NCBI GenBank assembly: GCA_037305845.1
Contig: CP147778.1
Span: 160,001 to 224,000, forward strand
Source of the DNA: Candidatus Freyarchaeum deiterrae
GTDB lineage: Archaea > Asgardarchaeota > Jordiarchaeia > Jordiarchaeales > Jordiarchaeaceae
Reading direction: 5' to 3'
DNA: 64,000 nt
A model generated the notes under the pieces. That model was not told the origin of the DNA and did not search any database. It saw only the letters and a list, made by a program, of their open reading frames with translations. Every line of letters starts with the position of its first letter. The stretch's first letter is position 1. The position numbers were made by a program, and so were the translations under genes. Shown here piece after piece: positions 46,407-56,115 of this stretch.

Positions 46407-46487
46407 GAGCTAAAGTATAATTTACTAGCGACATCAAATCATGGAAGATTTTGATTAAAAAAAAGATAATAAAAAATAGGGTAAATA

Positions 46488-47582
46488 CTATTGTTCTATT
46501 TGAATAGTTTTTGATTCGAATAGTTTTTGGATAAATTCGCCGATTTTGGCTGTTGCTTGTTTTGCTTCGGGTAATACTTCTAGTCCGAAAGATTGCCACA
46601 CGTGTGGCATACCATCCCATGTTTCGAAGGTCACGTCCACCCCTGCCTCCTTAGCTCGGTCGGCGAAACGCTTAGCACCACCGTAGAGCATTTCACTGGT
46701 ACTCGCTTGAACTAGTAGAGGCGGTAGACCTTCCAAATCTGCAAAGAGTGGGGAAATCATGGGATCATTTGGGTCTGCTCCCGCTAAATATGCTGGTACC
46801 CACCAAAAAAGTCCGATATCCGCTAAGACTGGGTCAGTTTCGGCGTTTTTCCAAAACAATTCATCAGAGCCACTCCAATCTGTGTCTGGGGAAAGACTAA
46901 CTGCTCCAACTGGTAAGGGTATTCCATCATTTCGCAGCTTCAGAAGCGTCATGAGCGTCAGACTACCTCCTGCGGAGTCTCCGGCGATAACAATATTCTC
47001 GGGTTTGATGCCCTTTGATAGAAGCCATTTGTACGCAGCGATGCAATCTTCTAGCTGAGAGGGATACGCATGTTCGGGTGCGAGCCGATAATCTAAACTA
47101 AGTACGCGCATTTTTGTTAACTGCCCCAAAGCAACGGTGAATAAACGGTGACTATTTGGAGAGCCCAAGACCATACCCCCTCCATGGAAATATAGTAAAA
47201 CTCGGTTTTTCTTTGCGTCTGGGGCCGTCTGCCACTCTGCGGGAACGCCGCCTGCATCGATTTTTTCCACCTTTACATTTTTAGGAATTGGATAAGTTTT
47301 TTGGTCGACATTCGCAGCATAGTCAAAGCCATATCGGAATACCTTAGCTAGTAAAATCATTTCTTCTTTTGTAAAATAACTATAAATGTCGGCTTCCGTT
47401 CCCTTTGTCTTAAAGAAAATCTCATTCCCGCTTATCACTTTTGGATACAGAGCTCCGAAGGTCATCGCCTGGCTCCCTAGGGTTGGAAGATACCCCATGA
47501 CACCTTCAGTCTGATGCTTTACAAAATCGTCAATGAGTTTTAGTACGTCAGGGCGAATTTTGGATCTATTGCAAATTGGCAT
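46488..47582 (-). CDS. HSL-family (family IV) esterase/lipase
   Basis: HGGG, DYRLAPEH, GDSAGG, E and HVW triad residues. Confidence 0.93.
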   Translation of the reverse strand: MPICNRSKIRPDVLKLIDDFVKHQTEGVMGYLPTLGSQAMTFGALYPKVISGNEIFFKTKGTEADIYSYFTKEEMILLAKVFRYGFDYAANVDQKTYPIPKNVKVEKIDAGGVPAEWQTAPDAKKNRVLLYFHGGGMVLGSPNSHRLFTVALGQLTKMRVLSLDYRLAPEHAYPSQLEDCIAAYKWLLSKGIKPENIVIAGDSAGGSLTLMTLLKLRNDGIPLPVGAVSLSPDTDWSGSDELFWKNAETDPVLADIGLFWWVPAYLAGADPNDPMISPLFADLEGLPPLLVQASTSEMLYGGAKRFADRAKEAGVDVTFETWDGMPHVWQSFGLEVLPEAKQATAKIGEFIQKLFESKTIQIEQ

Positions 47583-47776
47583 TTCTCATTAACTCCTCCT
47601 TCTCCGATTATTATTTTAAATAATTTTTTTGATTAAAAAATAAGTTGTATAATTTTTATGTTTCACGCATATAAGTTTTATGTTTAAAAGCCGCTTTTCA
47701 TTCTAAATTGTAATAATTTTTTAAATTGGAGTTTTAAAGATGAAAATAAAAAAAAGACTATTATGAATGTGTGATT

Positions 47777-48853
47777 CTATTTGAGTAGGTTTTTTATGAA
47801 TTCGACTATTTTGTCTATTGCTTCTTTTGATTCGGGCAAATCGTGTAGTCCGAATTGTTGGAATACATGCACCATGTTGTCCCAAGTTTGTAAAGTTGCT
47901 TTCACACCAGCTGCTTTAGCTCGGTCGACAAGGCGCTTTGAATCACTGAAGAGCATTTCACAGGTACTCGCTTGAAATAGTAAGGGCGGTAGACCTTTCA
48001 AATCTGCTAAAAGCGGAGAAACCGAGGGATCGCTGGGGTCTGCTCCGTCTAAATATGACGTGATCCACCAAAAAACCCCTTTATCTGCTAGAATTGGGTC
48101 CGTCTCAGCGTTTTCAAAAAACGATTCGTCTGAACCTGTATAATCAGTTAGTGGAGAAAGACAGACCGCTCCAGTGGGTAGAGGTGTCCCATCATTTCGT
48201 AATTTCAAAAGTGTTAATAGCGTCAGAGTGCCCCCTGCCGAGTCTCCTGCGATAACAATATTTTTGGGTTTGATACCCGTTGATAGAAGCCATTTGTATG
48301 CTGCCATGCAGTCCTCTTTTGCTGCAGGATACGGGTGTTCGGGTGCGAGCCGGTAATTCACACTCAATACGCGCATCTTTGTTAATTGTCCTAAGGTGGT
48401 AGTGAACACTCGGTGACTATTCGGAGAGCCTAAGACCATGCCTCCTCCGTGAAAATAAAGTATAACTCGGTCTTTCATTGCACCGGGGGCTGTTTGCCAC
48501 TCTGCGGAAACACCTCCAGCATCAATTGGTTCCACTTTTATATTTTTGGGGATGGGGTACTTTTTTTGTTCGATATTAGCAGCATATTCAAAGCCACTTC
48601 GGTATGCCTTGGCTAGGAAAATCATTTCTTCTTTTGTAAAATAACCGTATAATTCGTCTATTGTTCCCTCTCTCTTTTTCTTGAAAAATTGCTCATTTTC
48701 ACTCATCATTTTTTGGAATAGGTCTGTGAAGTCGAACTCCGGATTCTCTTTTGTACTAAGAAACTCTATGATGCCGTTCGTTTGCTCAGTTAGGAGATCG
48801 TCCGTTAGTTTAACTACATCGGGGCGCATTTTTGATCTATTTACTATTTGCAT
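47777..48853 (-). CDS. HSL-family esterase/lipase
   Basis: HGGG, YRLAPEH, GDSAGG, HVF. Confidence 0.93.
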   Translation of the reverse strand: MQIVNRSKMRPDVVKLTDDLLTEQTNGIIEFLSTKENPEFDFTDLFQKMMSENEQFFKKKREGTIDELYGYFTKEEMIFLAKAYRSGFEYAANIEQKKYPIPKNIKVEPIDAGGVSAEWQTAPGAMKDRVILYFHGGGMVLGSPNSHRVFTTTLGQLTKMRVLSVNYRLAPEHPYPAAKEDCMAAYKWLLSTGIKPKNIVIAGDSAGGTLTLLTLLKLRNDGTPLPTGAVCLSPLTDYTGSDESFFENAETDPILADKGVFWWITSYLDGADPSDPSVSPLLADLKGLPPLLFQASTCEMLFSDSKRLVDRAKAAGVKATLQTWDNMVHVFQQFGLHDLPESKEAIDKIVEFIKNLLK

Positions 48854-49049
48854 TTTTTATTATCTCCCTCAGTATGTTTTTCGTAATTTTGATTTTAAAT
48901 TGCTATTGTTTCATAAAAATTTTTCCTTTATTATTAGTATTTTTTGATTTAGAATATAGATGTTAGAGAAATAGGATAAAATGTTAAAAATTTTTATTTT
49001 GCACTTTTTAAAATTAAAATGAAAAAAAAGTTTCTAGAAGGTTATGGTT

Positions 49050-50126
49050 CTATTTGAATAGTTTTTTAATAAATTCGCCGATTTTGTCTATTGCTTCTTT
49101 TGCTTCTGGTAAAATTCCTAATCCGAAAGCTTGCCATACATGCGGCATATTATCCCATGTTTCTAAAGTCGTATCCACATCAGCCGCTTTAGCTCGGTCG
49201 ACCAAACGCTTGGAATCGCTGAAGAGCATTTCGCTGGTACTCGCTTGGAGTAGCAAAGGCGGTAAACCGCTTAAATCTGCAGATAGAGGGGAAACCAGGG
49301 GATCATTGGGGTCTGCTCCGGCTAGATATGCTGGTATCCACCAAAAAATCCCAACATCTGCTAGAACTGGATCGGTTTCAGCGTTTTCATAAAACGATTT
49401 GCCAGAAGTCGTAAAATCAGTTAATGGTGAAAGACAGACTGCTCCGGCTGGTAAAGGTACTCCGTCGTTTCGTAGTTTCACAAGCGTTAATAGAGTCAAA
49501 GTGCCCCCTGCGGAGTCTCCGGCGATAACGATATTTTCGGGTTTAATACCTGTTGACAGAAGCCATTTGTATGCAGCCGTGCAATCCTCCGGCTCGGCTG
49601 GATAGGGATGTTCGGGCGCAAGGCGGTAATCCACACTCAGCACGCGCATCTTTGTTAACTGCCCTAAAGTAATGGTGAACAATCGGTGAGTATTCGGAGA
49701 GCCCATGATCATGCCCCCTCCGTGAAAATATAGTAAGACCCGATTTTTCTTTGCGCCAGGGGTGGTCTGCCACTCTGCGGGAACGCCCCCTACGTAAATT
49801 GGTTCCACCTTAACATTTTTGGGGGTGGGGTGCTTTTTTTGGTCGGCACTCGCAGCATAATCAAAGCCGAATCGGAATAACTTGCCTAAGATAAGCATTT
49901 CTTCTTCTGTAAAATAATCCTGAAGGTCGTCTTTCTTTCCCTCTCTCTTGTTCTTGAAAAATTGCTCATTTCCCTTTGCCAGTTTCTGGAATAGTGCTCC
50001 AAAGTTGACCCCTTGATTCTCTTTGGCTTTAAGAAACTCTAAGATACCATTCGATTGCTCCTTTAGAAGAGCATCCATGAGTTTAAGCACATCTGGGCGA
50101 ATTTTGGATCTATTTAAAATTGGCAT
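49050..50126 (-). CDS. HSL-family esterase/lipase
   Basis: HGGG, DYRLAPEH, GDSAGG, HVW. Confidence 0.93.
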   Translation of the reverse strand: MPILNRSKIRPDVLKLMDALLKEQSNGILEFLKAKENQGVNFGALFQKLAKGNEQFFKNKREGKKDDLQDYFTEEEMLILGKLFRFGFDYAASADQKKHPTPKNVKVEPIYVGGVPAEWQTTPGAKKNRVLLYFHGGGMIMGSPNTHRLFTITLGQLTKMRVLSVDYRLAPEHPYPAEPEDCTAAYKWLLSTGIKPENIVIAGDSAGGTLTLLTLVKLRNDGVPLPAGAVCLSPLTDFTTSGKSFYENAETDPVLADVGIFWWIPAYLAGADPNDPLVSPLSADLSGLPPLLLQASTSEMLFSDSKRLVDRAKAADVDTTLETWDNMPHVWQAFGLGILPEAKEAIDKIGEFIKKLFK

Positions 50127-50482
50127 TTTTTATTCTTACTCCTTAGTTTGCTTTTCATAATTTTAATAGTAAATTACGAATTTTTCATAAAAATTTTTCT
50201 TTACAGTACTTTTTTAATCTAGATTTAAAATGTTGGAACGAATGAATTATTATAATCTGTTTTATCTTTGGTCCTTTTTGCTTTTTCATCTTTTTAGTGC
50301 TCTTTCCTCCAGTATCTTGGAGTGTTTTTCTCCCCGACATTTTCATCGAAGTTAGTTTGGTTCAATATTTTTTAGGGTATAAGGCTTGCTCTGAGGCTTT
50401 GAAATCTGGTAAAATTTTTTACAGAGAATAATACTCACTATGCTTTAAGAGAGTGTAGAACTCTAAATGGGGTGGTGAATTT

Positions 50483-51958
50483 ATGCTTGCAGAAGATTGG
50501 ACCAAAAAGTATTTCCAAGCGCTAAATGAGGTCAGGGAGTCCATTGGGCTCTGCCGCATTTTTATCACAGGCTTGAACACTAATATAGATGGACTAAGAC
50601 ATGTCAGGGGCGGGGAGGTAGAACGCATCATAGCGGAGAGAAAACTGGAAAAAGAAATTCAACACAAATTACAGCAACCCCCGAGGGAAATCAGAACATT
50701 TGCGGATGTGCTAGCAGGAATTCTGTTCTGCGCCAAAACTGGTGAGGGAGAAGAATGGTTCATTAAGGATTCCAAAATCGCTGAGATGAACCAGTCTATT
50801 TTTGGTTACGATAGACTGCGCATGGGAGGACAGTGCGGAAATATGACCAATGTGTTAGCTCTTCTGGGCTCCCGAGTTATACCCAATGTGGCGGCTTTAC
50901 CCCCGATGCAGGCAGAGCAATTCACCACGAAGGGGGGAGAAATCATGATACCGCGAATTGAGGGAAAAAGGATCGTTTTCAAAAAACCCTTGGAAGCGGC
51001 GAGAGACAGAGACAAAATCTTCATACACTGGATATTTGAATTCGACAACCAATTCGCAGTCAAAATAAATGAGGAAACCATAAAGGCACCGGTTGAAAAC
51101 CGATTCATCGCTACCTTCGACGACGAGAACATTAAACTAAAAATTGATCCAGCCTTCCAAGAAGGAACCCTCAAAGTAATATCCAAAGTAGGAACCGCTA
51201 TACTCTCAGGATACCATTATCTAAAGAGCAACTACCCCGACGGCTCAAAACCTGAAGACCATATAAAGAACTCCATAGACCTAATTAAATCCTGGAGAGA
51301 AAAGAACCCCGAACTTCGAATACACACCGAGATAGGATTTATCGCGAATAACAAAATAAGAAAATCTATTCTAAACCTTGTCTCCCCAAACATGAATTCC
51401 ATTGGATTAAACGAGGGGGAATTAGCTGACAATCTTTACACACTAGGGCAGAGAAACAATCTCGAAGAAATAAGAGCCCTTAGCGCAACGGAAACCTACA
51501 AAGGAGCAAAGAAAATAATGGAGAAATTCCAGTTGACCCGCATAATAATACACAACCGAGAATACTCCCTCTGCCTAATAAGCTCTAACCACGGAATCAA
51601 ACCCCAAAGTGAACTGCATTCCATACTATTCGGCGCACTGCTCGCATCCGCTCTAGCCTATACCGGAAACTTTCCCACAATCCAAGACGCGGAAAAAGCT
51701 CTAAGAAGCGGGGGACTAAAAATAAGTGAAAAAGCTTTAATAGAGCACCAGAAACTCGCCACTTTTCTTGAAAACGATGAAGGCTGTCTTAAAGAAAAAT
51801 TCCTAAAAGAAGGGTTTACGGAAACAGAACCTTTTATAATCTTCGCTCCGTCAAACCTGACGGAACCAAAGGCGACAGTGGGCTTGGGGGACACCATATG
51901 CTCAGCCAGTCTAGCAGCAGAAGAAGCATTAAAGCGCAGAGAGCAAAAATCAAACTAA
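50483..51958 (+). CDS. ADP-dependent glucokinase/phosphofructokinase
   Basis: NTNIDG, RMGGQCGNM, IHWIFEF, NRFI, GLNEGEL, TVGLGDTI. Confidence 0.92.
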   Translation: MLAEDWTKKYFQALNEVRESIGLCRIFITGLNTNIDGLRHVRGGEVERIIAERKLEKEIQHKLQQPPREIRTFADVLAGILFCAKTGEGEEWFIKDSKIAEMNQSIFGYDRLRMGGQCGNMTNVLALLGSRVIPNVAALPPMQAEQFTTKGGEIMIPRIEGKRIVFKKPLEAARDRDKIFIHWIFEFDNQFAVKINEETIKAPVENRFIATFDDENIKLKIDPAFQEGTLKVISKVGTAILSGYHYLKSNYPDGSKPEDHIKNSIDLIKSWREKNPELRIHTEIGFIANNKIRKSILNLVSPNMNSIGLNEGELADNLYTLGQRNNLEEIRALSATETYKGAKKIMEKFQLTRIIIHNREYSLCLISSNHGIKPQSELHSILFGALLASALAYTGNFPTIQDAEKALRSGGLKISEKALIEHQKLATFLENDEGCLKEKFLKEGFTETEPFIIFAPSNLTEPKATVGLGDTICSASLAAEEALKRREQKSN

Positions 51959-52112
51959 AGAGAAGTTATACTACTTACTTAAGACTGCTTCTCGGTGAAA
52001 ACATAAGACTTAAGTAACTAGTCCTTAGGAATAAAAACAGACAAAAACATGTCAAAAATACCAATTTTCTGTAATCCTAGCTTTCATTCGGTCTGGTAAA
52101 GGAAGGGAGTAA

Positions 52113-53606
52113 ATGTCGGAGAAATATGATGCGATAGTGATTGGAGCGGGTCTTGGAGGACTTTCTTCTGCCGCCACACTTGCCAAGAATGGACAAAAAG
52201 TACTGCTTCTTGAAAAGCATTATAGGCCCGGTGGATATGCAGGTAGTTTCGTGAGAGGGAGATTCGAGTTTGAAATCGCACTGCATGAACTGTCGGGTCT
52301 AGATCTCGACGGCAAGCGTGGTTTTTTCTATAAGGCTTTGGAAAACCTTGGTGTAACAAAGAGGGTAGATTTCATCAAACTTGACACATTATACCGCTCC
52401 GTCTTCCCTGACCTAGAAGTCACGATTCCCGTAGGAAGAGAAAATGCGGAGGGAGTGTTGCTCGACACTTTTCCCCATGAGTCGGAGGGAATAAAGCGTT
52501 TCCTAGACAGAATGAGTAATACCAACGATGCTCTGAGTATGATGCAGCGCGGTGAACTGTCTAAAAAGGAAATTCAGGAGAACTTCTTTGCATACAAGGA
52601 TAAAACTCTAGCGGAGGTGCTTAACGCAGATGTTAAAGACCCCAAAGTCCGCGCTGTGCTCGCCCAGCTCACGGGCTACTTCGGTCTACCACCCTCAAAA
52701 CTTTCGTACGTAATATACGCAACCGGCTTTTACACCTACCTCCGCTACGGTGGAGCCCAAATCCGAGGTACCTCCCAAACACTATCCAACGCTTTTGTGG
52801 ACATCATCCAAGAATTGGATAGCGAGGTCAGATTTAACTGCGGAGTCAAAAAAATCCTCACGGAGGGAGGTAGAGTAACCGGAGTGATAACAGACAAGGA
52901 GGAGAGCATAAAATCGCACCATATTATCTCAAACGTTAACCCTATAACAACCTGCGCAGAACTAATCGGAGTGGACAAGTGCCCTCCCTCAATATTCCAA
53001 ACCATGCAAAAAAAAGAAATCGGGCTCGGAACAACTTGCGTCTACATGGGATTAGATATCTCGCATGAGGAACTGGGAATAGACGAGTTCGAAACATTCA
53101 ATAACTCCAGCTATGATTTAGACGCCTTTTTAGAAAAGGGAAGTAAGAGCATTGAACCAGAGGATGTAGGACTTACTATCTATAATGTCGCCTACCGAGA
53201 TGCCTCGCCTCCAGGAACCACAATAGCTGTGAATACCTCTCTAAGCTACGCCGAACCCTGGTATAAAATACCACCCTCAGAATATGTTAACGCCAAGAAC
53301 AGGGTGGCGGACTTGATGCTAACCAAAGCGGAAAAACTAGCACCCGGAATAAGAGAACACATAGAAGTCGTCGAGGTATCCACACCATTAACCAACATAA
53401 GATACACAGGCAATCCCAGCGGTTCTATCATGGGAACAACTTACGCTCCAAATGACAGTATAATGTACCGGCTGCCCCAGGAAGGACCCTTTAAGGGGCT
53501 TTACTTTACAGGAGCCTGGACTCAGCTTGGTGGCGGCTTCCAGACTTGTATGATGTCGGGTATGATGGCGGCTCAGAAGGTAATAGCTGAGATGACCAAA
53601 AAATAA
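52113..53606 (+). CDS. FAD-dependent oxidoreductase, phytoene desaturase/retinol saturase family
   Basis: VIGAGLGGLS, LLEKHYRPGG, STPLTNIRYT, GLYFTGAW..GGG. Confidence 0.88.
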   Translation: MSEKYDAIVIGAGLGGLSSAATLAKNGQKVLLLEKHYRPGGYAGSFVRGRFEFEIALHELSGLDLDGKRGFFYKALENLGVTKRVDFIKLDTLYRSVFPDLEVTIPVGRENAEGVLLDTFPHESEGIKRFLDRMSNTNDALSMMQRGELSKKEIQENFFAYKDKTLAEVLNADVKDPKVRAVLAQLTGYFGLPPSKLSYVIYATGFYTYLRYGGAQIRGTSQTLSNAFVDIIQELDSEVRFNCGVKKILTEGGRVTGVITDKEESIKSHHIISNVNPITTCAELIGVDKCPPSIFQTMQKKEIGLGTTCVYMGLDISHEELGIDEFETFNNSSYDLDAFLEKGSKSIEPEDVGLTIYNVAYRDASPPGTTIAVNTSLSYAEPWYKIPPSEYVNAKNRVADLMLTKAEKLAPGIREHIEVVEVSTPLTNIRYTGNPSGSIMGTTYAPNDSIMYRLPQEGPFKGLYFTGAWTQLGGGFQTCMMSGMMAAQKVIAEMTKK

Positions 53607-53684
53607 GAGAAAAAACTACTGAAATTAAACCTAAAGACTATACTACGCCAAGGAATTTGGCTTCATTAAAAATTATAATTTTTA

Positions 53685-53770
53685 ATTGCGCGATTCTAGT
53701 TGAATCTTATAAGATATAAAAGGATTTGAAAAATTAGTAATTTAGTATAATGGTAAAACTTATTAAATTT
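53685..53770 (+). promoter_or_regulatory. Conserved promoter, copy 0
   Basis: ATTGCGCGAT at 53685; CTTATTAAAT TATA element starts at 53759 (offset 74). Confidence 0.65.
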
Positions 53771-53789
53771 ATGTGTAAGTAGATTGATA

Positions 53790-54175
53790 ATCGAGTCCAA
53801 AATGTTTCCCAACTTAACCCGACAAATCTCAGACCCACCGGGAAACATTGACGGATGAGAAAACGAATCCAAAAATAAAAATGACAATGGTTGTCAACTC
53901 CCACGAAGAGTATATGCACCCACGCACCCGAAAATGCTTACCTGGGAAGGAAAAGGCCCGAGGGGACCAGGGGGATTCCCAGGCGAGCAACTCCATTTTC
54001 ATTAAAACCTCTAACTAGTCACAGATGTAACTTCTAAACTTTCCAGAATTTGGTGTTCTATACTCCATTATGGTTTGAAATGTGGGACATTGCACTGCTG
54101 GTAGGTGGCTTCACAACTTCCCGTGGGAACCGGCGAAGGTAATGTAATAACCCGAAAGATAATGAAAAATGGGAA
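53790..54175 (+). ncRNA. Putative structured ncRNA, divergent relative of the BHB RNAs
   Basis: No credible ORF; stems 53801-53810/53840-53849 (perfect 10 bp), 53935-53948/53976-53989 and 53993-54004/54160-54172; same promoter as copies 1-3. Ends approximate. Confidence 0.45.
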
Positions 54176-54318
54176 AGAAGGATAAATTATAAAACTAGTG
54201 CTGTAAAAACTGCAACTCGTAAATTTAAGAAAATAGAGTGGGCCTTGAAAAAATCCATATTAAATTCAAGAACGATGAATGGATCGACTAAGGACTAATT
54301 ACTCTTTTTTTCCAGATT

Positions 54319-54897
54319 TTACCACATTTTTCCTTTGTAATGCTGCATTATGGGGCAACCGAGGCACTTTTTTTCTTTGTATCTCTTGCATTCGGTGCAA
54401 AGGTATTCGGATCCGCAGAGCGGTCTATCCATAATGTTTATTTTCATTTGGTAGGGAAGGTTTAGGTCCTTTGCGGCTGAAATTATAATGTTGAATTCGA
54501 CGTCTTTGACCTCTGGTAGTCGTCCTAGGTGGCATTCCACTACCGACTGGAGGGTTGATATATCCTCGCCTATGAGAAGCATGAAGACGCTATTTTTTCC
54601 TGATATTGTGAATCCGTTGAAGAAGTGTGGACAATTTTTGAAAATTTCCAATATTTTTTCGCTGTCTGTAGTGGAAACCTCGACTTTGGCAATATAGAGT
54701 CCCATTTTTAGGGGATTTACTCCGCAAATCCTCTGGAATACGCCCATCTCCTTCAGTTTTTTTAGCCTCATAGCTACTGAGGGTTGGGACAGCTTAATGA
54801 TCTCTGCTATTTGTTCCTGAGGAATATCTGGGTCTTCGCTCAGAAGCGATAATATCTCACGGTCTTTCTCATCCAGTTTAACTGCGGGCTCTGCCAT
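54319..54897 (-). CDS. Lrp/AsnC-family regulator with Cys-rich C-terminal extension
   Basis: LDEKDREILSLL..LSQPSVAMRLKKL HTH, RAM domain, C-x5-CxxC-x7-CxGCP tail. Confidence 0.92.
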   Translation of the reverse strand: MAEPAVKLDEKDREILSLLSEDPDIPQEQIAEIIKLSQPSVAMRLKKLKEMGVFQRICGVNPLKMGLYIAKVEVSTTDSEKILEIFKNCPHFFNGFTISGKNSVFMLLIGEDISTLQSVVECHLGRLPEVKDVEFNIIISAAKDLNLPYQMKINIMDRPLCGSEYLCTECKRYKEKKCLGCPIMQHYKGKMW

Positions 54898-54941
54898 ATC
54901 TATTTACCAATTATGGAAATTCTTTCCAGAGTTATAAGAAT

Positions 54942-55027
54942 ATTGCGCAATTTCCGTTAAATCAAATAATTTATAATGAATTTGGCTAAAATAATAATAA
55001 AATATATTAGTTATTTTTATTAAATAG
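54942..55027 (+). promoter_or_regulatory. Conserved promoter, copy 1 (divergent from lrp)
   Basis: Perfect palindrome ATTGCGCAAT 54942-54951; TTTATTAAATAG at 55016 (offset 74). Confidence 0.75.
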
Positions 55028-55044
55028 TTGTACGCTAATTAAAA

Positions 55045-55400
55045 TACGAGAAGCATAGACAAAAACAAGTTTCAACTAACCACACAAAAACCAGGAGAAT
55101 CCACCTGGAAGGTTTAGAAAAACCGTCAAGAAAACTATTCCCCAAGAAAGTGCTATGGCTCCCGCTAAGCTTACTTGAGGGGTGGGCCCCGAATTGCTGG
55201 GGAGGAGGCCCCCCCTAAGTAAGCACAAACCTCGGATGGATGCGCTCAAACGAGAATGCAGTCGATGACTCACGAGTTTAGATGCGTGAATGAAAGAGCT
55301 TCGCAGGCTAGCAATAGTATTATGTTTATTGCTGACCACCCACCCTCTCTCCCTCGCACAGTCTGTGGAGCCCCATTAAACACGCACCCAAAACAGAGTG
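55045..55400 (+). ncRNA. BHB-containing structured ncRNA, copy 1 (predicted excised segment 55295-55379, 85 nt)
   Basis: GCGTG-AATG-AAA-14 bp helix...helix-CATT-AAA-CACGC (55284-55385); invariant 26-mer 55333-55358; upstream hairpin 55169-55224. Ends approximate. Confidence 0.75.
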
Positions 55401-55561
55401 ATTAAAAACGGACATGACAAGTTGTGCAGAAGTTTAACAAATGTTACTGAGAATAGAAACAAAGACCTGAACACAGAAAGAGACGAATCAACGCATGACC
55501 CTTTATGAAAAACATCATTAAAACTCAAGAAGTATAACTAAAAAGTTAAGGAGGCAAATGG

Positions 55562-55720
55562 ATGACAAATACTCTTACTATAAGAGAAAAAGCCACACTG
55601 GTAGTGGACTTCGATACCTGGAGAGACTTGAACCAGCTCAAAACCGAACTCGGTCTAAAAACCATTGACGATACCATAAAACATTTAATAAAAGAAAACG
55701 GTAACGGCGGCAAGAAGTAG
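55562..55720 (+). CDS. 52-aa ribbon-helix-helix-like protein (not in ORF track)
   Basis: MTNTLTIREKATLVVDFDTWRDLNQLKTELGLKTIDDTIKHLIKENGNGGKK; GGAGG SD at 55550. Confidence 0.7.
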   Translation: MTNTLTIREKATLVVDFDTWRDLNQLKTELGLKTIDDTIKHLIKENGNGGKK

Positions 55721-55841
55721 AAGCTTTCAAATGCAACGTACATCTATTCAATCTTTCTAGTAAAATGATGTATGCATAGTCAGTTCCTCTGTTTTGCACT
55801 ATCTTTTGATTGTAGAGGTGTAAAGGATTAGGTGAGAATGA

Positions 55842-55994
55842 ATGCCAGAAGTTTATTGTGAGATTAAGAAACGGAAGGTTGATGGGGGATTCTGCGCATA
55901 CATGTGTGAACTCCCAGAAACCGAAAAGAAGATCGCTTACAATCCCTTCAGAGGGATACAAACAGACTGCAGCTTCAGCAAGGAATCCTCATAA
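55842..55994 (+). CDS. 50-aa four-Cys small protein (not in ORF track)
   Basis: MPEVYCEIKKRKVDGGFCAYMCELPETEKKIAYNPFRGIQTDCSFSKESS; GGTGA SD at 55831. Confidence 0.55.
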   Translation: MPEVYCEIKKRKVDGGFCAYMCELPETEKKIAYNPFRGIQTDCSFSKESS

Positions 55995-56115
55995 ACAGAA
56001 GAAGTCAGTATAAATGCCAGATTAGGGCATAGTTCATTTTAGCGAGTCGTCTGCGGTTGAGGAGCATCCCGGCGCACTTTGCAGCCTTTTCTTAGCTATG
56101 CCGATCAATCTGCTA

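Noticed and set aside
55290-55379. 29-aa signal-peptide-like ORF (MKELRRLAIVLCLLLTTHPLSLAQSVEPH) spanning BHB copy 1
   Set aside because: Copies 2 and 3 stop after 11-12 codons and carry frame-breaking indels; variation follows base pairing, not codon positions.
55284-55385. Intron-containing tRNA (spliced product gives a 5-bp stem with 7-nt loop AAUGAAA)
   Set aside because: No D arm, T arm (GTTCRA) or acceptor stem, and no U33; the loop size is simply the outcome of BHB geometry.
53696-55961. Minus-strand ORFs 53696..53887, 53734..53919, 55076..55339, 55546..55743 and 55638..55961 (also 59516..59942)
   Set aside because: No recognisable motifs, not conserved as frames between repeat copies, and antisense to better-supported ncRNAs or small ORFs.
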